The notes beneath the pieces were generated by a model. That model made no database searches, was not told the origin of the DNA, and saw only the letters and a list, made by a program, of their open reading frames with translations. Made by a program: the position numbers and the translations under genes. From positions 44,925 to 108,924 of the forward strand of contig DAOSOK010000009.1 of NCBI GenBank assembly GCA_035373905.1: a stretch of DNA of 64,000 nucleotides, written 5' to 3'. The stretch comes from Candidatus Ozemobacteraceae bacterium (GTDB lineage: Bacteria > Muiribacteriota > Ozemobacteria > Ozemobacterales > Ozemobacteraceae). Positions 47,094 to 56,009 of the stretch are shown piece after piece. Numbering within the stretch: position 1 is the stretch's first letter; every line of letters begins with the position of its first letter.

Positions 47094-48127
47094 TCCACGA
47101 TCTCCTTGAGAATGGTGTTGATGATTTTCCCATCGACCCGTTCGTCGCGCATCAACTCGGCCAGGTTGTCGCGAAGGGTGACGCAGCCCTCCTTGCGGGC
47201 AAGCATCAGGGCCGAACGGAGCTGATTCGTCTTTTTTTCGCGGATCAGGTTGCGCATCGCCGAGTTGAGGATCATCAGTTCGTAGGCCATAATGCGCTCG
47301 TTCTTCGACCGGCCCGGGATCAGGATCTGGGAGATCGTGCCGAGCAGGGACATCGAGAGCTGGGTCCTGATTTCCTCGTGCCGGTGGCCCGGGAAGACGT
47401 TGATGATGCGGTCGACCGTCTGGACGGCGCCGACGGTGTGCAGGGTCGCGAGAACGAGGTGGCCGGTTTCTGCGGCGGTCAGCACCATCTCGATCGTGTC
47501 GATGTCGCGCATCTCGCCGACGAGAATGACGTCGGGATCCTCGCGGAGCGCATGCATCAGGGCGACCTGGTATCCTGACGTCATCGAGCCGATTTCGCGC
47601 TGGGTGAAGATCGAGCGCTTCGGCGCATGGATGAACTCGATCGGGTCCTCGATCGTGATGATGTGCCGCGAGCTGGCCTTGTTGATCTCATGCACGATCG
47701 CGGCGAGGGTGTGGGTCTTTCCCGAGTTGGCCGGGCCGGTGACGATGAACAGGCCGCGGGGCCGCTGGGCGATTTCCTTGAGCCGCACCGGCAGTTTGAG
47801 TCCGTCGATGCTCGGAACGCGGGTCGGAATGAACCGGAACGCCGCCGAGAGACAGCCGCGTTGCCGGAAGACGCAGACGCGCACTCTGACGCGGTCGCGG
47901 TACGCGATCATGAAGTTGGCTTCCATCGTCTCGCGCAGAAACTCCTGTTGGCGCGTATCCATCAACGGGAGAACGAGGTTCGGCATTTCCTGGTGCGCGA
48001 GGGGTTCCTCCGAGAGCGGCACGAGCCGGCCGCCGATGCGCAGCACGGGGGGGCTGCCGGCCTTGAGGTGCAGGTCGGAGGCCTTGCGCGCGAGAGCCGT
48101 GTCGAAATATCGGTGAATACGCAACAT
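47090..48127 (-). CDS. pilT: PilT-family retraction ATPase (intact motifs)
   Basis: GPANSGKT, IEDPIE, REDPDVILVGEMRD, GHLVLATLHT, AMRNLIRE. Confidence 0.9.
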   Translation of the reverse strand: MLRIHRYFDTALARKASDLHLKAGSPPVLRIGGRLVPLSEEPLAHQEMPNLVLPLMDTRQQEFLRETMEANFMIAYRDRVRVRVCVFRQRGCLSAAFRFIPTRVPSIDGLKLPVRLKEIAQRPRGLFIVTGPANSGKTHTLAAIVHEINKASSRHIITIEDPIEFIHAPKRSIFTQREIGSMTSGYQVALMHALREDPDVILVGEMRDIDTIEMVLTAAETGHLVLATLHTVGAVQTVDRIINVFPGHRHEEIRTQLSMSLLGTISQILIPGRSKNERIMAYELMILNSAMRNLIREKKTNQLRSALMLARKEGCVTLRDNLAELMRDERVDGKIINTILKEIVE

Positions 48128-48133
48128 CCGGCT

Positions 48134-49204
48134 CTACTCCTTTCCGCCAAGCAGTTTGCGCAGGGCGGCGGGGTTGGGCGCCGCGGCCAGCGCGTCCTCG
48201 GCACGGACCTTGTTTTGCCTGACGAGCGAGGCGAGCGACATTTCCAGCGTCGTCATGCCGAACTCCGAACCGGTTTCGAGGAACGACGGGATCAGGTGGA
48301 TCTTGCCCTCGCCGATCAGCGACCGGATCGCCGAGGTGTTGATCAGCACCTCGAACGCGGCGACCCGCCCGCCGTCGATCTTCGGCAGCAGCGTTTGGGA
48401 GACGACGCCGCGCAGGACCGTCGCGAGCTGGTGCAGGATCTGCCGTTGCTGGTTCTCGGGGAACACGTTGACGATGCGCTCGGCCGTCAGCACCGCCGAC
48501 GTGGTGTGAAGCGTGGCCAGCACGAGTTTGCCGGTTTCGGCCGCGTTCAGGGTCAGCGCGATGGTTTTCGGTTCGCGCATCTCGCCGACGACAACGATGT
48601 CGGGATCCTGGCGGAGGACGGTCAGCAGGCCCTCGTAAAAGCCCAGGCAGTCGCTTCCGACCTGGCGCTGGTTGAAGATCGAGAGGCCGTCTTCGAACTG
48701 GTATTCGATCGGATCCTCTATGGTGACGATGTGCCGGCGCGCCTGGGCGTTCACGTAGCTGAGGTAGCTGGCCAGGGTGGAGGTCTTGCCGGCACCGGTC
48801 GGGCCGGTGATGAGAATCAGGCCGTTGGGCTGTTCGATGAGCTTCTGTGCCGCCAGCGGCAGGCCGATCTCGTCGAAGCTCATCACCTTGAAGGGAATCA
48901 CGCGAAACACGGCGCCGACGCCGTTGATGTCGCGATAGAGATTCACCCGGAACCGGCAGACGCCTTCGAGGGAGTAGGCGAAATCCAGTTCGTTCGTTTC
49001 GGCGAACTGCTTCGCCTGCGCTTCCGTCAGGATCGCCTCAAGAACCCGGGCGAACTCGTTCTTGGTAAACCTCGCAGCGGCGAGATGCTCGATGACCCCG
49101 TCGACGCGGATGGCGGGCGCCTGACCGACCTTCAGGTGCAGATCCGAACCCCGGCGCTCGAACGTCAGTTTCAACAGTTCATACAGACTTGTTCCGGCAC
49201 TCAT
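48134..49204 (-). CDS. pilT: PilT-family retraction ATPase (largely intact motifs)
   Basis: GPTGAGKT, IEDPIE, RQDPDIVVVGEMRE, GKLVLATLHT, AIRSLIGE. Confidence 0.9.
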   Translation of the reverse strand: MSAGTSLYELLKLTFERRGSDLHLKVGQAPAIRVDGVIEHLAAARFTKNEFARVLEAILTEAQAKQFAETNELDFAYSLEGVCRFRVNLYRDINGVGAVFRVIPFKVMSFDEIGLPLAAQKLIEQPNGLILITGPTGAGKTSTLASYLSYVNAQARRHIVTIEDPIEYQFEDGLSIFNQRQVGSDCLGFYEGLLTVLRQDPDIVVVGEMREPKTIALTLNAAETGKLVLATLHTTSAVLTAERIVNVFPENQQRQILHQLATVLRGVVSQTLLPKIDGGRVAAFEVLINTSAIRSLIGEGKIHLIPSFLETGSEFGMTTLEMSLASLVRQNKVRAEDALAAAPNPAALRKLLGGKE

Positions 49205-49210
49205 ATCCGA

Positions 49211-49219
49211 AGTATAGCA
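49211..49219 (-). promoter_or_regulatory. Extended -10 promoter (TG-C-TATACT), 6 nt before the pilT ATG, candidate leaderless
   Basis: Minus strand tgctatact tcggat ATG. Confidence 0.6.
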
Positions 49220-49307
49220 CGAGTATCTCCGCGACTATGCAGGAAACGACCGCCATGATAAACTTTGCTCCGGTCGATCCCAAACCATTCATACCAGGAC
49301 AAATCCG

Positions 49308-51635
49308 ATGGCGAAGATCCAGCTCGAACAACTGCTCACCAGGCTCCGTCCCCTTCTCGCCACTCTGATCACCGGCTTCAAAACCGGCGAATACCGGCTT
49401 CGCAGGGAAGCGGCGATCGCGCTTTCCAAGTTCAAGTGCGAGCGCGCGACGAACTTTCTGCTCGAGAATTTCGAGAGCGACAACATCCAGGACTTCATGG
49501 CGCTCGCTCTCGGAAACATCGAAAGCTCCCGGGCCATCTCCCTGCTGATGCAGGCGCTCAACGACTCACAGCAGGAAGTCCGTTTCAACGCCGCCCAGGC
49601 GCTCGGCATGATCAAGAGCCCGGAAGCCTTCAACGTGCTGATGGAGTCCCTGAACGAGTACGCCGACACCAATATCTCCGGCGGCGCGGCCACGAGCGGC
49701 GGCGGGAAGATTTTCTTCGAAGAGGAAGCCATCATCTCAGCCATCAACGCTTTGGGCAAGATCAAGAACAATCTATCGACACCGCTCCTGAAACGCATTC
49801 TCGCCCAGGACAAGAGCCCCCGCATTCGCGCCTCGATCATCATGGCCCTCGGCATGATGTCGAACGAACGCATGCTCCCGATCTTTCAGGCGGCCCTCCG
49901 CGACGAGGATTCGCGGGTGCGGGCGAATGCGATCGAAGCAATCGAAGGTCTCAAATCGAGTTCTATTGTTGGAATTATACAACCATACCTCGACGACCCG
50001 AACAACCGCGTGCGGGCGAACGTGGCGAAGGCCATCTGGAAGTTCGGCGACTTCGACGTTTCCGACACCCTCATCCAGATGCTGACGCACGCCGACAAGC
50101 TGTATCGCGCCTCGGCCGCGTATGCGCTCGGCGAGATCCGCGACGTCCGCTTCATCCCGAAACTGGCCATGGCGCTTCGCGACGACGACGCCGACGTCCG
50201 GCGGAACGCGGCGAACGCCCTCAAGAAACTCCAGTCTCCCGACGCCGTCAAGTTGCTCACGCCGCTCCTGGACGACCCCAACTACGACGTGCGCGTACAG
50301 GTCGTCCAGGCGATCGTCCGCTGCTCCCCGTCGTCGATTCCCGAACTGCTCGTCCCGCGCCTCGAGAGCGAAGAGAACCCGATCGTCAAGGCGACTCTCA
50401 TCAGCTGTATCGCGGAAACCTCCGATCAGCAGTATACCGAACTGCTGTTCAAGTTTCTCGAAGACCCCGACAGCCGCGTCGTCTCCAACACGATCGAGGC
50501 CCTTCAGAAACTCAATAAATCGGCCCCGCCCCAGAAGCTCACCACCCTTCTCAAGCGCCTGCTGTCTCACGAGGACAACCGCATCAAGACGAACGCCATC
50601 CGCGCCCTCTGGAGCTGGAACGAGTACAGCGTCCTCGACAACCTGCACCAGCTTCTGAACCACTCGGAACTCCGGCACCGCCAGTCGGCCATGTATGTCC
50701 TCGGCGAAATCGGAACGGCCCTCAGCAACGACCCGTCCGTCACCACATCGGCGAACACGCTCATCGCGGAGCTTCTGGAGCCGGGGGCCGCGGAATCGGC
50801 CGCCGCCGTTCCGGCCCAGCTCGCCGACCCCCCCGCGCCGGAAGCCCCGCCGACCGTTCAGCCGCAGGCAAAACCGGCGCCGGCAGCGGAGCCGGCCCCT
50901 GCCCCACCCCAGACGGAGACTCCGGTTTCCGAACCGCCCGCCGAAACCTTCGACCAGGAGCTGGAGCAGGCTGCGAACGCCGTCAATGCCCGCGAATTCG
51001 AACAGGCGCTGGCAATTTACACTTCGATCATCGAGGCCCAGCCCGACAACTTCAAGGCGATTCTCGGCCTGGCGAACCTGCAGTACATCCGGAAAAACTT
51101 TGCCGACGCCGCGCCCCTGTATGAAAAAGCGCTGGCCCAGCAGCCCAACCTGGTCAAGGCGCATTACAACCTCGGAACGATCGCCTACTTCCAGAAGGAC
51201 TTCCAGAAGGCCCGCGATCATCTCGTCAAGGCCCTGACCCTGTATCCGAAACTCCTCGGCGCCTATCTGATCCTCGCCCAGATCTTCCAGTTCGGCGGCC
51301 GCACCGAAGAGAGCATCAAGCTCCTGACCAAGGCCGTCGAACTCTCGCCCCGCAACCCCGTGCTGTTCCAGAAGCTCGCGATGCTCCACCTTCACGCGCG
51401 CAACTTCGACCAGGCCACGGAAGTCCTCACCCGCGCGATCTCGCTTTCCCCGCTCGACATCGAGTCGAACCTGCTTCTCGCCTACTGTCTGCAGGCGACG
51501 TCACGGTCGGCCGAGGCGTTCAAGGCCTTCGACGCGACGCTCAAAGCCTGCGCCCAGTCGCCGAACCAGGACGAATCGCTCAAGGCTCTCATGCAGAGTT
51601 ACCTGTTCGTGAAATCAACGCTCAAAGAGTCCTGA
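49308..51635 (+). CDS. HEAT-repeat plus C-terminal TPR protein (paralogue of 44919-47093)
   Basis: DEDSRVRANAIEAI, DPNNRVRANVAKAI, DDDADVRRNAANAL; Pro/Ala linker; TPRs (VKAHYNLGTIAYF). Confidence 0.85.
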   Translation: MAKIQLEQLLTRLRPLLATLITGFKTGEYRLRREAAIALSKFKCERATNFLLENFESDNIQDFMALALGNIESSRAISLLMQALNDSQQEVRFNAAQALGMIKSPEAFNVLMESLNEYADTNISGGAATSGGGKIFFEEEAIISAINALGKIKNNLSTPLLKRILAQDKSPRIRASIIMALGMMSNERMLPIFQAALRDEDSRVRANAIEAIEGLKSSSIVGIIQPYLDDPNNRVRANVAKAIWKFGDFDVSDTLIQMLTHADKLYRASAAYALGEIRDVRFIPKLAMALRDDDADVRRNAANALKKLQSPDAVKLLTPLLDDPNYDVRVQVVQAIVRCSPSSIPELLVPRLESEENPIVKATLISCIAETSDQQYTELLFKFLEDPDSRVVSNTIEALQKLNKSAPPQKLTTLLKRLLSHEDNRIKTNAIRALWSWNEYSVLDNLHQLLNHSELRHRQSAMYVLGEIGTALSNDPSVTTSANTLIAELLEPGAAESAAAVPAQLADPPAPEAPPTVQPQAKPAPAAEPAPAPPQTETPVSEPPAETFDQELEQAANAVNAREFEQALAIYTSIIEAQPDNFKAILGLANLQYIRKNFADAAPLYEKALAQQPNLVKAHYNLGTIAYFQKDFQKARDHLVKALTLYPKLLGAYLILAQIFQFGGRTEESIKLLTKAVELSPRNPVLFQKLAMLHLHARNFDQATEVLTRAISLSPLDIESNLLLAYCLQATSRSAEAFKAFDATLKACAQSPNQDESLKALMQSYLFVKSTLKES

Positions 51636-51656
51636 CCATCCTCAAGGAGAGATCCC

Positions 51657-51839
51657 ATGCAACTCGTCAAAGCAAACCGGTTCTGGAACTACAAAACCTA
51701 CGACCTGACCAAAATGAGAGGAGACGATTTCCTCGACAAACTCGGCGAACTTCTCGACGACGCCGGCCGCAACGGTTGGGAACTCGCCTATATGTGCGAG
51801 AATTATATGATTCTCAAACAGTTATTCGAACAGAAATAA
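51657..51839 (+). CDS. Small DUF4177-like protein
   Basis: WNYKTY...LGELLDDAGRNGWEL pattern; RBS aaggag. Confidence 0.65.
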   Translation: MQLVKANRFWNYKTYDLTKMRGDDFLDKLGELLDDAGRNGWELAYMCENYMILKQLFEQK

Positions 51840-51863
51840 TTCGGCGGGGCCGGCCGCAGGCAG

Positions 51864-53972
51864 ATGCCTTCGAAGAATCGTATACAGGATACAATCACCC
51901 TCGATACGGACATCAGTCTCCTGCGCGGGATCGGGCCCAAACGCGGGGAAACCCTGCGCGCCGCCGGCATTCGCACCGTCGCCGACCTTCTTCGCCTCCA
52001 GCCGCGCCGTTACGAGGACCGCACCCGCATCCGCCCGCTCCGTGAACTTCGCGTGGAACGTCTCCTGCAGGGCCCGTTCAGGGCCGAGGTGAAATCCTTC
52101 CGCGGAAGCAGGCCGCGCGCGGGCCTCTCGATCGTGTGGGCCGAGTTCGACGACGGAACGGCCGTCGTGCGGGCCCGGTGGTTCAACCGCCCGTATCTCG
52201 TCAAGACGCTCGTCGTCGGCAAAGCCTACTTTCTGTACGGCACCGCCGTCGAGATGAAGGGCGTCCCGATCCTCGACAATCCCGAGCTCGAGCTCGAGGA
52301 CCCCGCGGAAACCGCGCCCGTTCCCGGCGCCCTCACTCCCGTCTATTCCGCCGGAAAAGCGTTTGCCGAGGCGAAGCTGTCGGGAAGGCAGATCCGCCAG
52401 CTGATCGCGCGCACCCTCACAACGATCGACTGGGCCGCGAGTTTCCCGAACCTGCTCGAGTCCGGTCCCTTCCCGCGGCTCCGGCGCGCCTTTTTCGATT
52501 TTCACTGGCCCCGCACGCAGGAGGCCGCCGATCACGCTCGCCACACGGCGGCCTTCTTCGACCAGGTCCTGTTCCAGATGGCTGTCTGGCAGAGGCGCAA
52601 ACGCATCACCGGCATCCTCGGCCCTGATCCGGCCTCTGCCGTCGCACCGCCGGCCGCCGAACCCGGGTATCCCATCCCGTTCCGGCTGACGCGGGACCAA
52701 AGCCTGGTTCTCGGAAAGATGCTCGCCGGACTTCGACGGGGGGCCGACGGCCCTCCTCTCAATCTGCTCCTCCAGGGTGACGTCGGCTCGGGAAAGACGC
52801 TGGTGGCCTTTCTCGCCATGCGGCATCACGCCGAGCGCCACGAACCCGGCGCCACCTGCGTGTTCATGGCCCCGACCGAAATCCTGGCGAGACAGCACCT
52901 GGAGCGGTTCCAATCGTTCTTTCCCGACGCCGCGGCCGGCTCCGATCTTCTCATCGGCGCCCTCCGGCCGCAGGACCGGCGGAACCTGCTCTCAAAGCTC
53001 TCAAATGGGAAACTCCGCTACCTGTTCGGCACCCATGCGCTGTTCCAGGACGCCGTCATCGTCCCGAATCTCGCCTTCTGCGTCATCGACGAGCAGCAGC
53101 GGTTCGGGGTCGATCACCGTCGCGCGCTCACGGCCAAGGCGGGCTCGCGGACGCCGCACCTGCTGCTCATGTCGGCGACGCCAATTCCCCGCACCCTCTC
53201 GCTGACGATCTACGGCGATCTCGATGTCGGCATCATCCGTGAGATGCCGCCGGGCAGAAAACCGGTCACAACCACCCTGCTCAGCTCGCCGGAGGACGCC
53301 TTCCCGTACATCCGGGAAGCGGTGTCGCGCCGGGAGCAGGTGTATTACGTCTGCCCGCTCATCGAGACATCGAAGAAGCTTGCCGCAACATCGGTTCGCG
53401 AAGCCGTCGAGCGGCTTCGCTCCGCGTTTCCCAACGCCACCGTCGCCGCGGTAACCGGCGACCTGGCTTCGGACCGCCGCCAGGCCGCAATGGAGGCGTT
53501 TCATGCCGGAAACATCGACGTTCTTGTTGCCACGACGGTCATCGAGGTCGGGGTGGACGCGCCGGCGGCGACGCTGATGGTGGTCGAGAACGCCGAGCGG
53601 TTCGGGCTTTCGCAGCTGCACCAGCTTCGAGGCCGGGTCGGCCGGGGCGACCGCTCGTCGAGCTGTCTGCTGATAAGCGCCGACGGCGAGGCGAACGAGC
53701 GGCTCCGGCTGGTTGCAGGCACGACCGACGGTTTCGAACTCGCCGCCGAGGATTTGCGTCTGCGAGGCCCGGGCGATCTGGCCGGAACGCGTCAGAGCGG
53801 CATCGCCCACCCCGCTTTTTCGCACCGCATGACCCCGGAGCTGATCGAGAAGGCGCGAAACCGCGCCCTCGAGCTGCTCACCGTCGAGCCCGACGAGACG
53901 CGCGCCTGGTTTGCCGCCCGCATGCGCGAGAGTTTCGGCGACCGGCTCGAAACATTCATGGAAGGGGGCTGA
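51864..53972 (+). CDS. recG: ATP-dependent DNA helicase RecG
   Basis: LLQGDVGSGKT, MAPTEILARQH, VIDEQQRFG, MSATPIPRTL, ERFGLSQLHQLRGRVGRG, DLRLRGPG. Confidence 0.97.
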   Translation: MPSKNRIQDTITLDTDISLLRGIGPKRGETLRAAGIRTVADLLRLQPRRYEDRTRIRPLRELRVERLLQGPFRAEVKSFRGSRPRAGLSIVWAEFDDGTAVVRARWFNRPYLVKTLVVGKAYFLYGTAVEMKGVPILDNPELELEDPAETAPVPGALTPVYSAGKAFAEAKLSGRQIRQLIARTLTTIDWAASFPNLLESGPFPRLRRAFFDFHWPRTQEAADHARHTAAFFDQVLFQMAVWQRRKRITGILGPDPASAVAPPAAEPGYPIPFRLTRDQSLVLGKMLAGLRRGADGPPLNLLLQGDVGSGKTLVAFLAMRHHAERHEPGATCVFMAPTEILARQHLERFQSFFPDAAAGSDLLIGALRPQDRRNLLSKLSNGKLRYLFGTHALFQDAVIVPNLAFCVIDEQQRFGVDHRRALTAKAGSRTPHLLLMSATPIPRTLSLTIYGDLDVGIIREMPPGRKPVTTTLLSSPEDAFPYIREAVSRREQVYYVCPLIETSKKLAATSVREAVERLRSAFPNATVAAVTGDLASDRRQAAMEAFHAGNIDVLVATTVIEVGVDAPAATLMVVENAERFGLSQLHQLRGRVGRGDRSSSCLLISADGEANERLRLVAGTTDGFELAAEDLRLRGPGDLAGTRQSGIAHPAFSHRMTPELIEKARNRALELLTVEPDETRAWFAARMRESFGDRLETFMEGG

Positions 53973-53978
53973 CCGCAG

Positions 53979-54539
53979 ATGCGCGTCATTTCAGGATCGG
54001 CCAAAGGCCGTCAACTCAAGATGCCCAAGGGGGGAAAAACCCGCCCGGCGATGGACCGCGTGAAGAGCTCGCTGTTCTCGATTCTTGCCGCCCGCATTCC
54101 CGACTGCCGGTTTCTCGACCTGTTCGCAGGTTCGGGAAGTCTCGGCATCGAGGCGCTTTCGCGCGGCGCGGCGTTCGCCGCGTTCGTCGACATGTCGAAC
54201 GACTGCATCACGGCAATTCGCGAGAATCTCGAGATGACCAGGCTCGCCGACCGGGGAAAACCCTTCCGGATGGACTGCCTCTCGTTCCTGCGCGGCCGGC
54301 CGCTCGAACCTTTCGATATCGTCTGCATCGACCCGCCCTACCTGAAGGGCCTGCTCGAGCCGATCCTGAACGAGCTTCCGGTCTGCCCTCTCTTCAACGA
54401 ACGCACGATCTTCATCATCGAGCGACAAAAGAAAGACGACCTGGGCCTCGACAAGAAGCCGGCCCTCGAACAGACCGACGAGCGCCTGTTCGGCGACACC
54501 GTTCTGACGTTCTTCCGGCTGAAGAAGACCGCATCTTGA
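53979..54539 (+). CDS. rsmD: 16S rRNA m2G966 methyltransferase RsmD
   Basis: MRVISGSAKGR, TRPAMDRVK, LDLFAGSGSLGIEALSRGA, IDPPY. Confidence 0.95.
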   Translation: MRVISGSAKGRQLKMPKGGKTRPAMDRVKSSLFSILAARIPDCRFLDLFAGSGSLGIEALSRGAAFAAFVDMSNDCITAIRENLEMTRLADRGKPFRMDCLSFLRGRPLEPFDIVCIDPPYLKGLLEPILNELPVCPLFNERTIFIIERQKKDDLGLDKKPALEQTDERLFGDTVLTFFRLKKTAS

Positions 54540-54700
54540 GGCTGCCGCCCCTCCCCCGCCCGAACAGTGATTTTCTGGTCGTGCGTACAAGAACGGACAT
54601 GGCTCTCAGAGATACGCCGGTACAACATGCTCGGTGTTCCAAGACGCAACCGAATCATCAGCGTCATCTGCGGATTGGTTCTCGAGAAAGCAAAAAGAGA

Positions 54701-54728
54701 CCGGCGCCCCGGAAATCCGGGGCGCCGG
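54701..54728 (-). terminator. Intrinsic terminator for the minus-strand gene 54751-55614
   Basis: CCGGCGCCCCGG-aaat-CCGGGGCGCCGG with an A-run on the left (U-tail on the minus strand). Confidence 0.7.
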
Positions 54729-54750
54729 CTTGTTGTATTCGGGAGGGGGA

Positions 54751-55614
54751 TTACTTGAGATTCTGGGTCTGCTTGAGCTGGATGTATTCCTGGTAGGCCG
54801 CGCGATACTCGGCGAGTGCCGCCTTCACTTCGGCCGCGGAGCCGCCGGCGGTGGTGACCAGCTGCGTGTATTTGTTATACGCCGCGATATAGCGGGCGTG
54901 GGCATCGGTCACAGAAGTGTTCGACACGGACGTGCTCGTGGGCGTCGTGGTAGTCGTCGTGGTCGGAGCGGCCGCAGTCGAGTCGACAGCGGGGGCGGCG
55001 ACGGTCACGTCGGTGACGGGGGCCGTATCGGACACGTGGGCGTCCGAGCCGGAGATCACGACGGCATCCTGGTCGCCGATGGTGACCGGGCCGGTCTGGT
55101 TCATGGACGGGATGACCGTGCTCATGTCGTAGTCGGACGGAGTGACCATGATTTCATCGCTGCCAGCGAGGACTTCCTGGCTGCTGGTCTTCTTCTTGTG
55201 GCGGCGATACAGATAGATGCCGACCGCGACGGCGGCGATGATGATCAGCGCCGGAATGAACAGAGGGCTCGCGATGATGCCGGCGACCCAACCAGCCACG
55301 GCACCGACGCCGGCCGCAATGGCCCCGCCGATCGCGCCAAGAGCGCCGAGGAGACCACCACCAACGGCCGCGACACCGCCGACGACCGCGGTTCCGATTC
55401 CGGCGATGCCGCCGGCTGCGCCGACCGCACCGGCAACGGCGGGGGCGGCGAGAACGACGCCGGCTCCGACGACCGCACCGGCCGCGGCACCGACAACGAC
55501 GCTCTTCTTGTCGAGCGCATGGGCGGGCGCGGGCTGGAAGACGGTGAAGTCGACGACCATAAGCAGAGACAGGACGATGCAGATCACCGAACTGAACGAT
55601 TTACTCTTTCTCAT
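54751..55614 (-). CDS. Hypothetical exported/membrane protein with a long Gly/Ala-rich hydrophobic segment
   Basis: Start at MRKSKS (RBS AGGGGG); signal peptide; about 85 aa of GA-rich hydrophobic sequence; TM plus YRRHKKK; Thr-rich linker; Tyr-periodic C-terminal helix. Confidence 0.75.
   Translation of the reverse strand: MRKSKSFSSVICIVLSLLMVVDFTVFQPAPAHALDKKSVVVGAAAGAVVGAGVVLAAPAVAGAVGAAGGIAGIGTAVVGGVAAVGGGLLGALGAIGGAIAAGVGAVAGWVAGIIASPLFIPALIIIAAVAVGIYLYRRHKKKTSSQEVLAGSDEIMVTPSDYDMSTVIPSMNQTGPVTIGDQDAVVISGSDAHVSDTAPVTDVTVAAPAVDSTAAAPTTTTTTTPTSTSVSNTSVTDAHARYIAAYNKYTQLVTTAGGSAAEVKAALAEYRAAYQEYIQLKQTQNLK
54876..54891. repeat. TATA-N8-TATA spaced palindrome (perfect), with a GC-rich spacer
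   Basis: TATA CGCCGCGA TATA; minus-strand codons TAT ATC GCG GCG TAT AAC. Confidence 0.8.
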
Positions 55615-55736
55615 ACGTAACCCCCTGATAATCGCGTTACGAACGGTACACCGATTAGATAATTCAAGTGTAATGATGCAACGGGGGGGCGTCAAGGTGT
55701 CTGCCCCAAATTTGAAAATTTTCATTCAAAAAGAGA

Positions 55737-55961
55737 ATGCGGGCGGATCACGATCCTCCCTTGAACCGGACGACCGGCAATCTCGAAGCCACGTTCGCAT
55801 TCCAGCCTGCCGAAGCTCGAGAGGCTCTCGCCCTTCGAGAGGCTCAGGGCGAACGGAAGACAATCATTCTGGAGGTCACGAAAAACGAGTGGAACGAGTG
55901 GAATGATGTGCTCGCCCGGAGATACGGTCTCTCTTGTCCCGGGGTTACCCCTGTCGTATGA
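55737..55961 (+). CDS. Possible small hypothetical ORF (74 aa)
   Basis: Open frame filling the intergenic gap; weak GC3 bias; short direct repeats; may be non-coding. Confidence 0.25.
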   Translation: MRADHDPPLNRTTGNLEATFAFQPAEAREALALREAQGERKTIILEVTKNEWNEWNDVLARRYGLSCPGVTPVV

Positions 55962-56009
55962 TGTACACAGATTCGAGGTGTTACCTTACCTTCATGACCG
56001 GAGGCAATC

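Noticed and set aside
7569-54891. Reading the TATA-N8-TATA sites as true loxP/FRT-type recombination sites or mobile-element scars
   Set aside because: Only the inner TATA cores match. The outer arms share no conserved sequence, reading frames are intact, there are no target duplications and no recombinase gene is in the window. Kept only as an analogy.
55800-55905. Short direct repeats (TCGAGAGGCTC x2, AACGAGTGG x2) as a CRISPR or structured RNA remnant
   Set aside because: Only two copies each, too short, without regular spacers and with no cas genes.
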